Shown here: piece after piece, positions 47,001 to 56,715 of the stretch
How the letters are laid out: each line of letters opens with the position of its first letter
How positions within the stretch are numbered: position 1 is the stretch's first letter
NCBI GenBank assembly: GCA_964610185.1
Contig: CAZSVJ010000001.1
Location: forward strand, 1-56,715
Direction of reading: 5' to 3'
Origin: an uncultured Terracidiphilus sp.
Lineage (GTDB): Bacteria; Acidobacteriota; Terriglobia; Terriglobales; Acidobacteriaceae
DNA: 56,715 bases
Made by a program: the position numbers and the translations under genes
The notes under the pieces: generated by a model
What the model was told of the DNA's origin: nothing
Databases searched by the model: none
The model's input: only the letters and a program-made list of their open reading frames with translations

Positions 47001-50000
47001 TGGCTACCTCATCGGAGCCGCGTCGAAGACCGTGCCGCGCATCACCAACGGAGCCTTTGCGCCGGTGATCGAGCTGGGCTTGGCGCTGGCCGTCGGCGTG
47101 GGCAAAGAGATTTCGAAAGGCCCTCTATCGGCGGGGCTTTCTCTTACCGTCGAAGCCATCCTCGAAGGCACGCTTGCCTGGTTCCAGCCATTCGATAGAA
47201 GCCAGCCGAATGCGATGTATTTCCGCGTAGCGGGCACCGCGACCCTCATCGGCAAGCTCTACGGCGCAGTCGACTTCAAGATCATTAAGGTCTCCATCGC
47301 GCTCACAGCGCGGGCCAGCGTCACGCTGGTGGTGGAATGTTATCAGCCAATTCTTGTGCGGCTGTCGGTCGAAGTCTCGGTCCAGGCTAGCGTATCGATC
47401 CTTTTCATCACCATTCATTTCTCGTTTGACATTGGCCTCGATGTGTCATTCACGATCGGCAGCGCATCGCTGACGCCGTGGGTGGTGGACCCTGCGGCCT
47501 TGCCCACGAATCCAAATCGGCTCACAGCAAATCGCGCGTTGCCGGGCGGACGCCGTCAGGGCCTGATCAAGCGCGCGCGGCCCGTGCTCACCCGTCTGCG
47601 CTTGCGGAAGCCAACGAACCGCGTGCCGGCTAAGCTCATCGCGAGACGGTCGCAGACACCCGTCGCCACGCGTCTTCGTCTCGCCGACCTGAACCTTGCC
47701 GGCCTCGCGCTTGAGACAATGGGCGAATATTTCAGCGCATTCGAAGCCGAGCCCGCATTCGAATGGACGCCGCGCGCGGTCTTCTCATCTGTTCAGTTCA
47801 TTCCGGTGCTGATTCTGCCTGCGCTGACCGTCGCGGGGAACGCGTATTTGCTTCCCGAGGATCGATCAACCGGCGCAGTCTCCAACCAGATTGCGCTCAC
47901 GTTCGTTTTCGAAAACGGTATTCACCCCGACGCACAGACGTTGACCGCGCTGCGCCAGTTGACGGCCAGTGCCGCGCACTCCACTTCCGACCCCTCGCAG
48001 CTCCCGTTCAGCCTCGTAGTCAAAGGAATGCTCGCGTGGTCTATTGCCAGCTTCATTGAACTTGGCGGCAATGTTCTTGACGGAACCATCGACCGCTGGG
48101 AGCTGGAAGCGCTGGTCAAGGCGCTCGACACGGCGGACGCGGACGGCAACGCCTTCACCGCCGCGCAGCTCGAGGCGTTTCAGTCGATGAACTTCCTCTA
48201 TCGTATCGGCGCGTACACTGGCGACCCAACGGCGGTCAACAGGGCCGGCGCCAGCTTCATGCCGATTCCGCCGCTGGTGACCATGCAGGTTGCCGATCAG
48301 CCCCCGATCAATTTCGCCAACTACCGCATGGTCGGCGCAGCCTACGAGGACGCGGTGGCAAACTACTTCGCGCAGACCGCCGTCGACTACGGATCGAACA
48401 CGGCCACTGATCCCGACGGCTTTGTGCGGGTAACGCCAACCGACCCCGATCCGGTCTCCGTCGCCGCCATGGTGCAGCGCGACTATTACCTGCTCATTGC
48501 GCGTAGCGCCGCTGAAACCGCGTTGCAGCAGATGAATGCTCTGCCGCGGGCGGTCGTTGCCGCAAATTCGCTGAGCGGGCTCGCCAATGACTACCCGCGC
48601 GTTGCCGTCACGCACATCGTTCAGTCGGGCGAGACCACGGAGATACTCGAGAACACGTATTTCATGACGCTCGCGGAGTTGCAACAGCTCAATCCCGGCG
48701 TCGATTTCACCAAGCCTCTTCCCGCCGGCATCAGCGTCCGGGTGCTTGAAGGGCCTACCGCATGGTCGATTCTCGCCGCCAACAAGGATAAGACGGGGCT
48801 TCTGGCCGCGAGCGCAATCTTGCCCATCGAGGGCGCCAACTACCAGGTTAGGAGCGGAGACAATCTTAGCGCCATCGCCACTAGCTTCGCCGTCACGCTC
48901 GCCGACCTGGTGAATCGGAACCTCGCGAGCACCGAGCTTCTCGCTCCCGGCGCCATTTTCCAGTTGCCCGCGTTCACCTACACCAGCGTGGCCGGCGACA
49001 CGCTGGACTTTGTTGCCGCGTGGCTGCTGGTGCGCAACGGCGTTGCCCCGGCGCTTCCGGCGCAAGACTGGTTCAATCTGCCTCAGTTCGCCTGGTATGA
49101 GCAGGCAGTCGCCATGCTCAACTACAACAACAACGGCGACTACGTGAACTTCGACGGGCCGCTCACGCCCGGCACGCAGATCAAAGTGCCATCGGCCTTC
49201 AACGAGTCGGGAGCGGGAACGGCGCTCACCTATGCGAGCCGCGCTGGCGACACGCTACAGCGCATCGCCGGTTACTTCGCGCTCACGCAGAACCCAACGG
49301 CCGGCTTCGTGGCATTCCGGAATGCGCTACAGGTTGCGGGTAATCCTGCACCCACCGCGCCGCTCCCGGTCGGCAGCAGCGTAACTGTTCCCGCATGGCA
49401 GCACGCGTTTCAAACCGTGGACAGCTTCGCGCTCCTCGGCGAAGCGCTCGGCCTCACCGAGGCCACAATCACCGCCTCCGCGAGCCTCCAGGACCCGGCC
49501 ATCCTATCGCCGCTCGCCGTGGTGGCGCTGCCTAGCATCAACTATGCGCTGCCCGATGACAAGCAGACCTTCGCCGGCCTCGCGCAGCACTTCAACATGG
49601 ATCTGGAGATGCTGGCGCGGTCGATCGCGGTCACATCGGGATACTTCGTTCCCAGCACGATCATCATTCCAGACGTCGCCAGCCTCTCCGTCGCCGTGCT
49701 GCTCGATGCCACCATTTCCGCCTCAAACCAGATAGCTTCCTCCGCCTCGCGTTTCATGATGAACGGCTTGCGCCTGCCCGAGGTGCCGCCCACGCCGAGC
49801 AGCCCGGTGATCACAACCGATCTTTACGGGCTCTACGAGATCGTCGGCCAGCAGATCCCCATCGACAAGTTCACGCTGCCGCTGTCCATCGGCATCACCT
49901 CGAACGCGGCGCCGAATCCGCCTACCGCGCCCGGCGGCATTCTGCTCTATCAGACTCACCTGGTCGTTGCCGGCGAGACCTACGAGTCGCTGCTGGCGCT

Positions 50001-53000
50001 CTATCCGAATTTGCCCGAGTACAACCCAGGCATAACGCCCACCGACGTCGTTCCCGGCCTGCTGCTCTTCGTGGTTCAACTTGACCAGTTGCCGATAGTC
50101 GTCGAGCAGACTTTCGTCGATGCCAACAAGGCATCGGCCGAGCTCACGCTCGCGTGGACCAATCCAATCAAGCCCATCGCCGAGCAGTCGCTGGTTGAGA
50201 CCAACCCGCTGCGCACCACGCTTCCCATCGGAGTGCATTGGCAAGCCGCCACTCCGCCGTCGTGGGCCGGCCAAGCCACTGTCGCGGGCGAGGTCGCCGG
50301 GCCCGGCGAGGCCACGCTTTGGTCTTTCCCGCAAAACATTCTCGACGCCATTCGCAGCGGGGCAACCGGCGCCAACGCCTATCGCCTGATGCTGGGCACC
50401 GTCGACGCCCAGGCCAAAATGCACCTGACCAATGTCGTCCAATACGATTGGGCCGCCCTGCTCGAACTGCAACTGCGCCGCGTGCCTTTGGCCTTGCCGC
50501 AAATCGACGACGCAATCGAGGAGCAGCCTCCCACGGACGCCGCAAACGCGTTCATGCCCAATACGTACGAGGTGCTATCCGCGTCGGAAGATGCGCAGCG
50601 CGTTCTGCTCGGGCTGTGGTCGTGGATCAAGGCCAATCCCAAGGATGCGGGCGCCGACATCCGCGTCCTATATGCGCCAAGCAGCCAGAGCGACAATCCC
50701 AGCGGCTGGCAGTCGCTCGATCTCGCGAAGGCGCAGACGTTCATCTTCCGCAGCAATCTCTCCACGCTTTCAACCAGCGGCCACAATCAGCAGGCGGACG
50801 TAAAGGCGCTTCTTGCGTCTGTTGACGAACCGGCAGCCGATGAGCTTGCTTTCGCAGATATCAGTGATTCAGCCAATTTCCTCGATCTGTTGTGGAGCGC
50901 CGGCGTGGTCGGCACCGGCGGCTACTTCCTCAACTACGTGGCCGGCGAGCAGGGCCTTCCCGACACCATCTTCGATCAGCAGGGCAACGCCAGCCTGCGC
51001 CTGCTGGTCATACTTCCGACGCAGAGCAAGACGATCGACCCCGTCCGCAGCTTCTATCCGTTCAACACCTGCGCGGTGGTGGGCGACAACATCGTACTCG
51101 GAGAAGCAAACCTGTTCCTGGAGCGCGCCGACGGAAGCGAGAAAACTTCCAGCGCCACCGTTCCACCTGGAGTCTTTGCATTCGCCGGAACCCGCGTCAA
51201 CCCCGGACAAACGCCACCGGCGCAGGACGTGGACAAGTGGCGCACCCAGGTGCTCTACAGCCTCATCGGCTATCGCTCAGCGGAAGCCGGCGGCTTCAAG
51301 GAGAGCAACAGGGCGCTGCCCATCGGTCCCGCCGTCCCGCCCCTGCTACAGGAGAGCTTCCGCACCGCTGAAACTCCTGTTGACCTGCCCTGGTTCTACC
51401 AGCAGAACCTTCCCGCCTATGTTTTTGCAGCCACATCGCCGGTGCACGCTACCGGCCATCTGCCGCCGCCTGAGCAGGACCCCTACGCGGGCATCGCCGC
51501 CAATGCCGCGCTCACCGTCGAGTTCACCGTGCACGATCTCTACGGCAACCGCCTTGACCCGGCCAACCCGATTCCCAACGCGCCACTGAACGTCGGCTAC
51601 ACCGATCCGCTCATTCCGCTCTCCGCCTGGCCTGGCACCACCGCCAGCTACGACTTCACCGGCGTCCAAAATCCGACGACCGGCCAGTACGACCAGGCAG
51701 GGATTCAGCTGCGGCTTTCGCTGCAAGTGTCGAATTACGTCCCCGGTCCCGGCATCGATTCACGGCGCGCGCAGACCAACATCAGCGCCGACGCGTTGAA
51801 ATACGCGCAGGTCTTTTATCAAATTGAGCAGCCCGACTTGAAGCTATGGCTCAACACATCGTTGATGACCAATCCGGCCGATCCCTCCGGCAACTTCCCG
51901 GTCGATCTAACCGGCCTGCGGCAATACGTTCAGGCCGTGTGCATCGCGCTCAAAGCCGCTGCGCAATTGCAGCCCGTGACCGTCTCGGTTGCGTCCGGAA
52001 CGACGGTCACATTCGCATCGCTTGCGCAAACCTGGCCGGTGAGCATCGCGGATATCGGCAAGGCCAACGCAAACTCCGCACTCAATCTTCTCTTCGCCAG
52101 CGTCATTATTCCAAGCTATGCGGTCTTTCCACAGCAAGGCACCCTGCTTGCGGTGGCCACCGCGGCCGGTCTTACGCCTGCAACCCTGGCCGGCCAAAAC
52201 ACCAATGCTCCTCTAAGCGCCGGCGTGGTTCTGCTAACCCCGGACCGCACCATTACGACCACAGCTACGGCCACCAGCTTCCGCGAGACCGCCCGCGCCA
52301 ACCGCACCACCGTCGACAACATTGCCACGCGGAACGCACCCACTCCCGGCCTGCTGGTAGTTGGCGTTCCAGTCGTTGTCGATAACGTCACGCTTGCGGT
52401 TGAGCTCCAGAACAGCCTCAACGAACTGGTGACGCGCTTCGCCGCTGCGGGCATAACCACTACGCCTGAGGCCATCGCCGCCGCCAATGCCGACACCATC
52501 GGGCTGGTGGCCGGCGCGCAGCCGCTAACCGTGAGCGCATACGTTACAGCCGAGAACCAGACCTTCGCAACACTAGCCGCTCTGGTACCAGCGTGGACCG
52601 TCGCCGCCATCGCTACGGCCTCGCAGGCCGTGGTGAATAGCGTGCAGCCCGGCACCGCGCTCTATCTCGCTCCCGGCGCCCAGGTGACGCCCAGCGCGGG
52701 AGACACCTTCGCGAGCCTTGCTCTGACTTACGGCCGCACCGTCGAGCAGCTGGCCGTGGCCAACAGCTTGCAACCCCTGCTCGTCAACGCCAAAGTGCAG
52801 CTGCCGGGGCTTTCGACCATCGGCGCCGGCCCCGTGTACGTACCGTATGCCGTACCGCAAAACGCTACCTGGACCACCATCGTCACCGCTCTCGGCTTAA
52901 CCGCGATCGCGGCTCAAGTCGCGCTGATGACCTCGGACGAAAGAATGCCGGACCTGCTGCTGGCAGGCGTAACCATACAGGTCGGAAACAATCACGCGGT

Positions 53001-56000
53001 CACCAGCGCCACCTCCACCTTCCGCTCCGTGCTCGACGACCTCAATCAGGGCGGCGGCCAATCCAACTATGCGGACTTGATCGCGGCAATTCAGACCACG
53101 CCCGCGCTCATGCGCCCCGGCGGCGCAATCGCCGCGCCGCCGCCCGCCGTTCCTGAGGCAACGTCACTGTCTGACTTTGCCGCGACATTCGGACTTAGCG
53201 CGGCAGAGCTGGCCCTGGCCAACGCGTCGCTCTCACCGCTCATCGCCGCCGGCCAGCCGGTCACAGTCACCACACCCAACGGCGACAGCACCGTGACCAC
53301 GCAGGCCAACGACAGCTTTACCACCATCGCGGCGCGTTTCCAGGCCAACTTCAACCTAACAGTTTCCGTCGAGCAGATCGCCGCCGCCGTCGCGCCCAAT
53401 CCGAGTTTCCTCATCGCCACAACCCAGGTCATGCTTCCGCCTCGCGCGATGAATCTCGACGTCGTGCTCTACACCGCCATGCCGGCAACGCCGCCCTATC
53501 CCGGCACCGTCTTCGAGCTTGTCCAGACACTCATTCTGGAGCGCACCGACGCCATCCTCGACGAATTCTCCAACGTCGCTGCCGTCAAGGCGTTCCGCGT
53601 CGCCATTGCGCCCCGGCTCCAGTTGGACAGTAATGGCAGCTACCTGCTTGCGCCCTTCGCCGCCAACGCCGAGGCCATCTTCACCGGCCTCAAACTGGCC
53701 GTCGGCGCGCAGCCTTCCACCGAGCAGGCGCAGCGCATGCCGCACCTGATCGCGGTCAACTTTACATCGACGGGAATCGCCAACGTCGACATCGCCGCGG
53801 GAAACCCGGCTACGCTGGCTATCAAGCCGCTTTCCACCAGCCCGCTCAGCGCCAAGGGGCTGTCCATCGCCGCGCTGCAAGCCGACGGAACGCTGGGCAC
53901 GGCAACGCCGCACGACTTCAGCGCCATCGATCTCGACGCCTGGGCATCCACAGCGCTTGCAGCCATTGATCTGGTTCTTTCGCCGCAGCTCGCCGCGCCC
54001 GCGCAAGGTCTCGATGCGGCATCGTTCACCGCGCTGGTTGGCTACAAGGCGCAGCTCGCCGCCACCGCGTCCTATGGGCTTATTCCGGTGCTCAGCGACA
54101 CAACCGCGCTCAATCTGACAGCGGCGCGCAAGCGGCTTGAGCAATCGCTGCTCAACAGCCTCAGCGGCGGATTCTCGACCGCGGCCGTTCTGCAATACGG
54201 TGTCGGAGTCACTTCCACAAATGCCGGCAACGCCAGGCTCTCGGGCAGGCCGGTCGCGGTGCTCAAGAGCGACAATCCCGGAGAGACGCAGGGCGTCTTC
54301 ACCCTGTCGCTCACCGCAGCCACGACCTTTGAGGCGATCCAGCAGTTCTTCTCCATTGATATGCACGAACTGATTGCCCAGATGGCTGGCCTCACCCCGC
54401 TTTTGCAGCAGGGAAGCGTATTCGCATTCCCCGGCCAGCCTTCCTATACCGTGCCCAACGCAACCACCACCCTGGCCGGCGTTGCAACGCATTTCGGGCT
54501 GCTGGAACCGACCCCGTTAGCCGAGTACAACCGCACAGTCCCCGGTTACTTCGTGCCCGGCACCGTGCTCTCCATCACCATGCCGATTCCAAGCTTCGAT
54601 CTGGGCGTGGGGAAAACGCCTCTCGCTAGCAGCGCCAACGGTACCATCGAGTTCCTTCTCACCGTGCCCAAGCAGCGCGAGCACAAGACGCTGCTCGCCA
54701 ACCTCGACTACCAGCTCAACGAGCTTGAATACGACATTGCCGCGGTGACCGGAAGCGGCGGCTTCTCCAGCTCCAAATGGCTGAGTTTCATCATTCCCAT
54801 CACCGCCGCAAACCGCCCCGCCGCAGTTAAGCGCACGCTGCTCGGCCAAGCCGCAATCCCGCTGGTGCTTCGCGCCTATCCGGAACTGCCCGTTCTGCGC
54901 GAGCAATCTTCCCAGCCCGCGGTCGCAATCCTGCCGCCGAACTTCCCCGAAAATTTGCTGGCCGCCCGCAAATGGGAATACCAGTTCGACTTCGAGCAGA
55001 TCCGCGCCGCGCAGGATTCCACGTTCCTCACCGTAAATTACAATCGCGGTTCTTCCCTCTTGCCGGGGCCGCTACGCGGAGATCAGTTGATGGCCCTCTT
55101 CGCGGCCCTGGCGCAATTCAACTTTGTGTGGCCGGAGCTTAAAAAGATCCTGCTCGGTCTCATCGACCCGGCCACCGTCGCCGCGCAGCCGCAGCTGTTG
55201 AAGAACGCCATAGCCACGTTCAAAGGCCTGGTTGGCAAAGTTTCCTCGGCCTGGGCCGCATTCTGGCTGCCCACCGCCGCCGCGGATGCCCTTGAAGTCC
55301 CGCAGCCGAGCAGCTTCGAGGCCGAGATCGTTCCCATCGTCGACGCCCGCACCGATACGCCGGCTCTGCGCTCGCTGGTGCTGCAAGCCCAAAACCAGGC
55401 GGGCTACGATTTCGCGCAATACCCGCGGATCGCCTACTACGACGCCAAGCAAAACACCTACGTCAGCCTCACCAAGACGCCAACCAACAACCCGCGCGAG
55501 GTCGTTTACCAGGTGGCCGCGCCCATCCTCGCCTACCAGCGCTTCACCTGGCGCTACACCTTCGATGCGCTCGACGTCGTGATCCAGGAAAACGCCGCCG
55601 CCGCCATCGTGGTAAAACGCAACACCGAGCTGCTGCCGCAGGCAAAAACCGCCGACGCCTTCGTCTATGAGACGCCCGCTGTCTCCTTCGCCACGCCCAT
55701 CGTTCCGTCGCTGCTGCGCAATGAGTTCATCGACGCGCGTACCAGCCCGGCTGAAACGCTGGCCGAAGTAGTTGAGGCCATCTTCGATGCTCTTCTCGAC
55801 GTCGGCGATCAGGGTCACACGCTCAAGGTCGTCGCGCGTTACGGTTATGAACTGGCCTCGCCGCTCCTTGCGCCGACCCCCGCCGAAGTCGCGACAGGCG
55901 GAATCGTCAGCGAGATTCCGGTCACCTATTTCCCAAAATTCCTCTATGCATCGGCATTCGACGCAGAACTCGTTGATGCGCTCGACACCTGGTACAAACA

Positions 56001-56127
56001 CCACCTGCCGGCCACGCGCGGCGGCATGTATCTGTTTGATCTAACCCTCTATTCCGCACTCATGCCCGACCTCATTCAGCCCATCCTCAGGCTCCGCCGC
56101 ATCGCCTTTCCGCTGGTGAGCATTTAG
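44068..56127 (+). CDS. Giant (4019 aa) multi-LysM protein with a long amphipathic beta-strand N-terminal region
   Basis: ATG overlaps the upstream TGA. LysM-like units HIVQSGET...LAELQQLNP, YQVRSGDNLSAIA...LADLV..N, AGDTLQRIA, AGDTFASLALTYG.TVEQLA.AN. Confidence 0.88.
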   Translation: MSNGAETLETFRQQVLAQYDATQRTITVGSNIVQQVATLLGFAQTGSVILTDATVTSTPAQVMIRGNGVMAKLGGNQSIELIGVAVAGSLGLKLSATPQSAIRLVDLFPNLPNSNQNVAGIQVEQPSLFYQIGTRNPMWLITDIEPPSGVIYPSVGLNLRTTVPLQPIFSHVATLTQTTEITFKGPIAFPVDDVTQLYLSGEFPGFTSGIGPLRMHDFQLVIRTVYYNDATEFSFTGSLFAGVLDVSDGVAAQIGVDIQSVPQDTGTSSVWAFFADFGDKPLSLSAGLNALAVFAGGDAGKLELPDAVRSLGSFGLTRLVVGVDPYKPTIIEFVFIEVGSPKRWDPPIPYIAIENVRVQWQILQPFSADWSQSGGVGGTLLLGKENPVHLDITATIPEFIIDANLRQGDQISLVNVLTEFFPDAGGLSQDFVIDSLNIVANFDSKVYELSGSVKPVPPLELNLVITTLTLNGVSASVNYSQDALYATILADLTLFSKGWLVSAEYMRPGEDEEQPGSTTGNWIFALRLRPGDSINLSELVATFLNFNPALIPTISIEGLYCRYNLGDKTYQFQGTVKGHWQLDIIPGQPALQASATIDVENFVENSVYAYRGSVIGSISIGALTVTVGYAFDPKNTNYSFSIVYKRFALYATLMRTTKKKDGVDVPVSILRISLGDISIGEIIEYLVNLANPNIQFRLEGPWDILNSLNLKNLSLVADLIENTVGIEYRLDLELVFLYIESVSLTYMKRKDGRGTVRMGIKGRFLEQSFGDGDELSWDLLDDPAPVVPGRGNSLFDLKFVGLGQHVSLKNHTSFESVSEVIKALRDEMKPVANPGGNPLSQPNQSGLVFDKDSSILFGAQFVVLGGVAISAVFNDPYLYGLLIELSGDVAGSLAGLRFELLYIRITDTLGVFKVVLRVPDAFRQLEFGAVSVTLPTIKLDIYTNGNFKIDLGFPVARDFTESFGVQVFPFIGKGGFYFGYLIGAASKTVPRITNGAFAPVIELGLALAVGVGKEISKGPLSAGLSLTVEAILEGTLAWFQPFDRSQPNAMYFRVAGTATLIGKLYGAVDFKIIKVSIALTARASVTLVVECYQPILVRLSVEVSVQASVSILFITIHFSFDIGLDVSFTIGSASLTPWVVDPAALPTNPNRLTANRALPGGRRQGLIKRARPVLTRLRLRKPTNRVPAKLIARRSQTPVATRLRLADLNLAGLALETMGEYFSAFEAEPAFEWTPRAVFSSVQFIPVLILPALTVAGNAYLLPEDRSTGAVSNQIALTFVFENGIHPDAQTLTALRQLTASAAHSTSDPSQLPFSLVVKGMLAWSIASFIELGGNVLDGTIDRWELEALVKALDTADADGNAFTAAQLEAFQSMNFLYRIGAYTGDPTAVNRAGASFMPIPPLVTMQVADQPPINFANYRMVGAAYEDAVANYFAQTAVDYGSNTATDPDGFVRVTPTDPDPVSVAAMVQRDYYLLIARSAAETALQQMNALPRAVVAANSLSGLANDYPRVAVTHIVQSGETTEILENTYFMTLAELQQLNPGVDFTKPLPAGISVRVLEGPTAWSILAANKDKTGLLAASAILPIEGANYQVRSGDNLSAIATSFAVTLADLVNRNLASTELLAPGAIFQLPAFTYTSVAGDTLDFVAAWLLVRNGVAPALPAQDWFNLPQFAWYEQAVAMLNYNNNGDYVNFDGPLTPGTQIKVPSAFNESGAGTALTYASRAGDTLQRIAGYFALTQNPTAGFVAFRNALQVAGNPAPTAPLPVGSSVTVPAWQHAFQTVDSFALLGEALGLTEATITASASLQDPAILSPLAVVALPSINYALPDDKQTFAGLAQHFNMDLEMLARSIAVTSGYFVPSTIIIPDVASLSVAVLLDATISASNQIASSASRFMMNGLRLPEVPPTPSSPVITTDLYGLYEIVGQQIPIDKFTLPLSIGITSNAAPNPPTAPGGILLYQTHLVVAGETYESLLALYPNLPEYNPGITPTDVVPGLLLFVVQLDQLPIVVEQTFVDANKASAELTLAWTNPIKPIAEQSLVETNPLRTTLPIGVHWQAATPPSWAGQATVAGEVAGPGEATLWSFPQNILDAIRSGATGANAYRLMLGTVDAQAKMHLTNVVQYDWAALLELQLRRVPLALPQIDDAIEEQPPTDAANAFMPNTYEVLSASEDAQRVLLGLWSWIKANPKDAGADIRVLYAPSSQSDNPSGWQSLDLAKAQTFIFRSNLSTLSTSGHNQQADVKALLASVDEPAADELAFADISDSANFLDLLWSAGVVGTGGYFLNYVAGEQGLPDTIFDQQGNASLRLLVILPTQSKTIDPVRSFYPFNTCAVVGDNIVLGEANLFLERADGSEKTSSATVPPGVFAFAGTRVNPGQTPPAQDVDKWRTQVLYSLIGYRSAEAGGFKESNRALPIGPAVPPLLQESFRTAETPVDLPWFYQQNLPAYVFAATSPVHATGHLPPPEQDPYAGIAANAALTVEFTVHDLYGNRLDPANPIPNAPLNVGYTDPLIPLSAWPGTTASYDFTGVQNPTTGQYDQAGIQLRLSLQVSNYVPGPGIDSRRAQTNISADALKYAQVFYQIEQPDLKLWLNTSLMTNPADPSGNFPVDLTGLRQYVQAVCIALKAAAQLQPVTVSVASGTTVTFASLAQTWPVSIADIGKANANSALNLLFASVIIPSYAVFPQQGTLLAVATAAGLTPATLAGQNTNAPLSAGVVLLTPDRTITTTATATSFRETARANRTTVDNIATRNAPTPGLLVVGVPVVVDNVTLAVELQNSLNELVTRFAAAGITTTPEAIAAANADTIGLVAGAQPLTVSAYVTAENQTFATLAALVPAWTVAAIATASQAVVNSVQPGTALYLAPGAQVTPSAGDTFASLALTYGRTVEQLAVANSLQPLLVNAKVQLPGLSTIGAGPVYVPYAVPQNATWTTIVTALGLTAIAAQVALMTSDERMPDLLLAGVTIQVGNNHAVTSATSTFRSVLDDLNQGGGQSNYADLIAAIQTTPALMRPGGAIAAPPPAVPEATSLSDFAATFGLSAAELALANASLSPLIAAGQPVTVTTPNGDSTVTTQANDSFTTIAARFQANFNLTVSVEQIAAAVAPNPSFLIATTQVMLPPRAMNLDVVLYTAMPATPPYPGTVFELVQTLILERTDAILDEFSNVAAVKAFRVAIAPRLQLDSNGSYLLAPFAANAEAIFTGLKLAVGAQPSTEQAQRMPHLIAVNFTSTGIANVDIAAGNPATLAIKPLSTSPLSAKGLSIAALQADGTLGTATPHDFSAIDLDAWASTALAAIDLVLSPQLAAPAQGLDAASFTALVGYKAQLAATASYGLIPVLSDTTALNLTAARKRLEQSLLNSLSGGFSTAAVLQYGVGVTSTNAGNARLSGRPVAVLKSDNPGETQGVFTLSLTAATTFEAIQQFFSIDMHELIAQMAGLTPLLQQGSVFAFPGQPSYTVPNATTTLAGVATHFGLLEPTPLAEYNRTVPGYFVPGTVLSITMPIPSFDLGVGKTPLASSANGTIEFLLTVPKQREHKTLLANLDYQLNELEYDIAAVTGSGGFSSSKWLSFIIPITAANRPAAVKRTLLGQAAIPLVLRAYPELPVLREQSSQPAVAILPPNFPENLLAARKWEYQFDFEQIRAAQDSTFLTVNYNRGSSLLPGPLRGDQLMALFAALAQFNFVWPELKKILLGLIDPATVAAQPQLLKNAIATFKGLVGKVSSAWAAFWLPTAAADALEVPQPSSFEAEIVPIVDARTDTPALRSLVLQAQNQAGYDFAQYPRIAYYDAKQNTYVSLTKTPTNNPREVVYQVAAPILAYQRFTWRYTFDALDVVIQENAAAAIVVKRNTELLPQAKTADAFVYETPAVSFATPIVPSLLRNEFIDARTSPAETLAEVVEAIFDALLDVGDQGHTLKVVARYGYELASPLLAPTPAEVATGGIVSEIPVTYFPKFLYASAFDAELVDALDTWYKHHLPATRGGMYLFDLTLYSALMPDLIQPILRLRRIAFPLVSI

Positions 56128-56674
56128 AGCATTGCTCCCTGCCGGGCGCGGAATTCGCGGCCGAGCACCCGGATTTGGGAGCGGATGGCAACTCACGCCC
56201 GAAGGAACCTGGATGGTGACTACGCAGCGCGTGGGGTTCTGTTTCGACGCCCTTCTGGAAGCCATCCTCTAAAGAATGAATGGCTTGAAGAAGATTCCGC
56301 ATCCCTATCCGCGCGCTCCGGCGCGAATTGAGCCGCTCAAAATGTCTGTAACTTGCACAGTCTCTTGATCAATAGTCTTGATTTACTTGCACGAGCGGGC
56401 AATACTTTTAAATGAAGAGGATTCTTTCGGATCACGCGGCATTCAGGTTGATTGCCGTCATGATGCGCGTTTTGGATGCTGTCTCATTCGGCAAGTGCAA
56501 TATAGGACAGATGTTATTTCTGGCGGGCTAGTAGCATCCTTCTTGCGGAGAAGTAGCATCCTAAGAAATAGCGGTCGTCCGGCTGTCGGGGAAAGTAGAG
56601 TCTATGGGGCGACATTCGTGCCAACAAGCAGTTTTCCATTGTGTCATTTAGCCTGATCTACGGAGGAAAAACGC

Positions 56675-56715
56675 ATGAACGTTCGAGTTCTTAAGTTTGT
56701 CAGCCTGGTTGCGGT
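56675..56715 (+). CDS. Start of a downstream gene (partial, signal-peptide-like)
   Basis: GGAGG at 56662-56666, then ATG AAC GTT... = MNVRVLKFVSLVA running off the window. Confidence 0.6.
   Translation, partial: MNVRVLKFVSLVA

Noticed and set aside
56130-56660. Short ORFs after the giant gene (e.g. 56378..56656) and a possible gene remnant near 56170-56275
   Set aside because: No motifs or convincing RBS; most of the region is AT-rich and looks like the upstream region of the next gene.
1-56715. CRISPR array or rRNA
   Set aside because: No regularly spaced short repeats or rRNA-like sequence seen.

Overview
GC-rich bacterial window (style suggests Acidobacteriota; not provable from sequence alone). 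Main content: (1) a minus-strand extracellular contractile injection system (eCIS, Afp/PVC-like) operon at about 9.1-31.6 kb with sheath, tube, gp26-like chaperone, DUF4255/Pvc16-like, AAA ATPase, tube initiator, LysM/tail X, D protein, V spike, PAAR-like tip, gp25, two baseplate J proteins, a wedge/tail protein and a DUF6519-like protein; (2) three downstream DUF4157 (eCIS core) proteins with a shared N-terminus and unrelated C-terminal domains; (3) two copies of a 61-nt tRNA-like RNA, each between a promoter-like sequence and a terminator-like hairpin, directly upstream of DUF4157 genes; (4) a small MITE-like element; (5) a divergent 24-kb plus-strand operon encoding a secreted Hint-domain protein, a 15x FN3-like repeat protein, a 1239-aa beta-rich protein, a ComEC-like metallo-beta-lactamase and a 4019-aa multi-LysM protein. 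At the left edge is a frameshifted B12-binding radical SAM gene. Family assignments come from motif recognition, not database searches.
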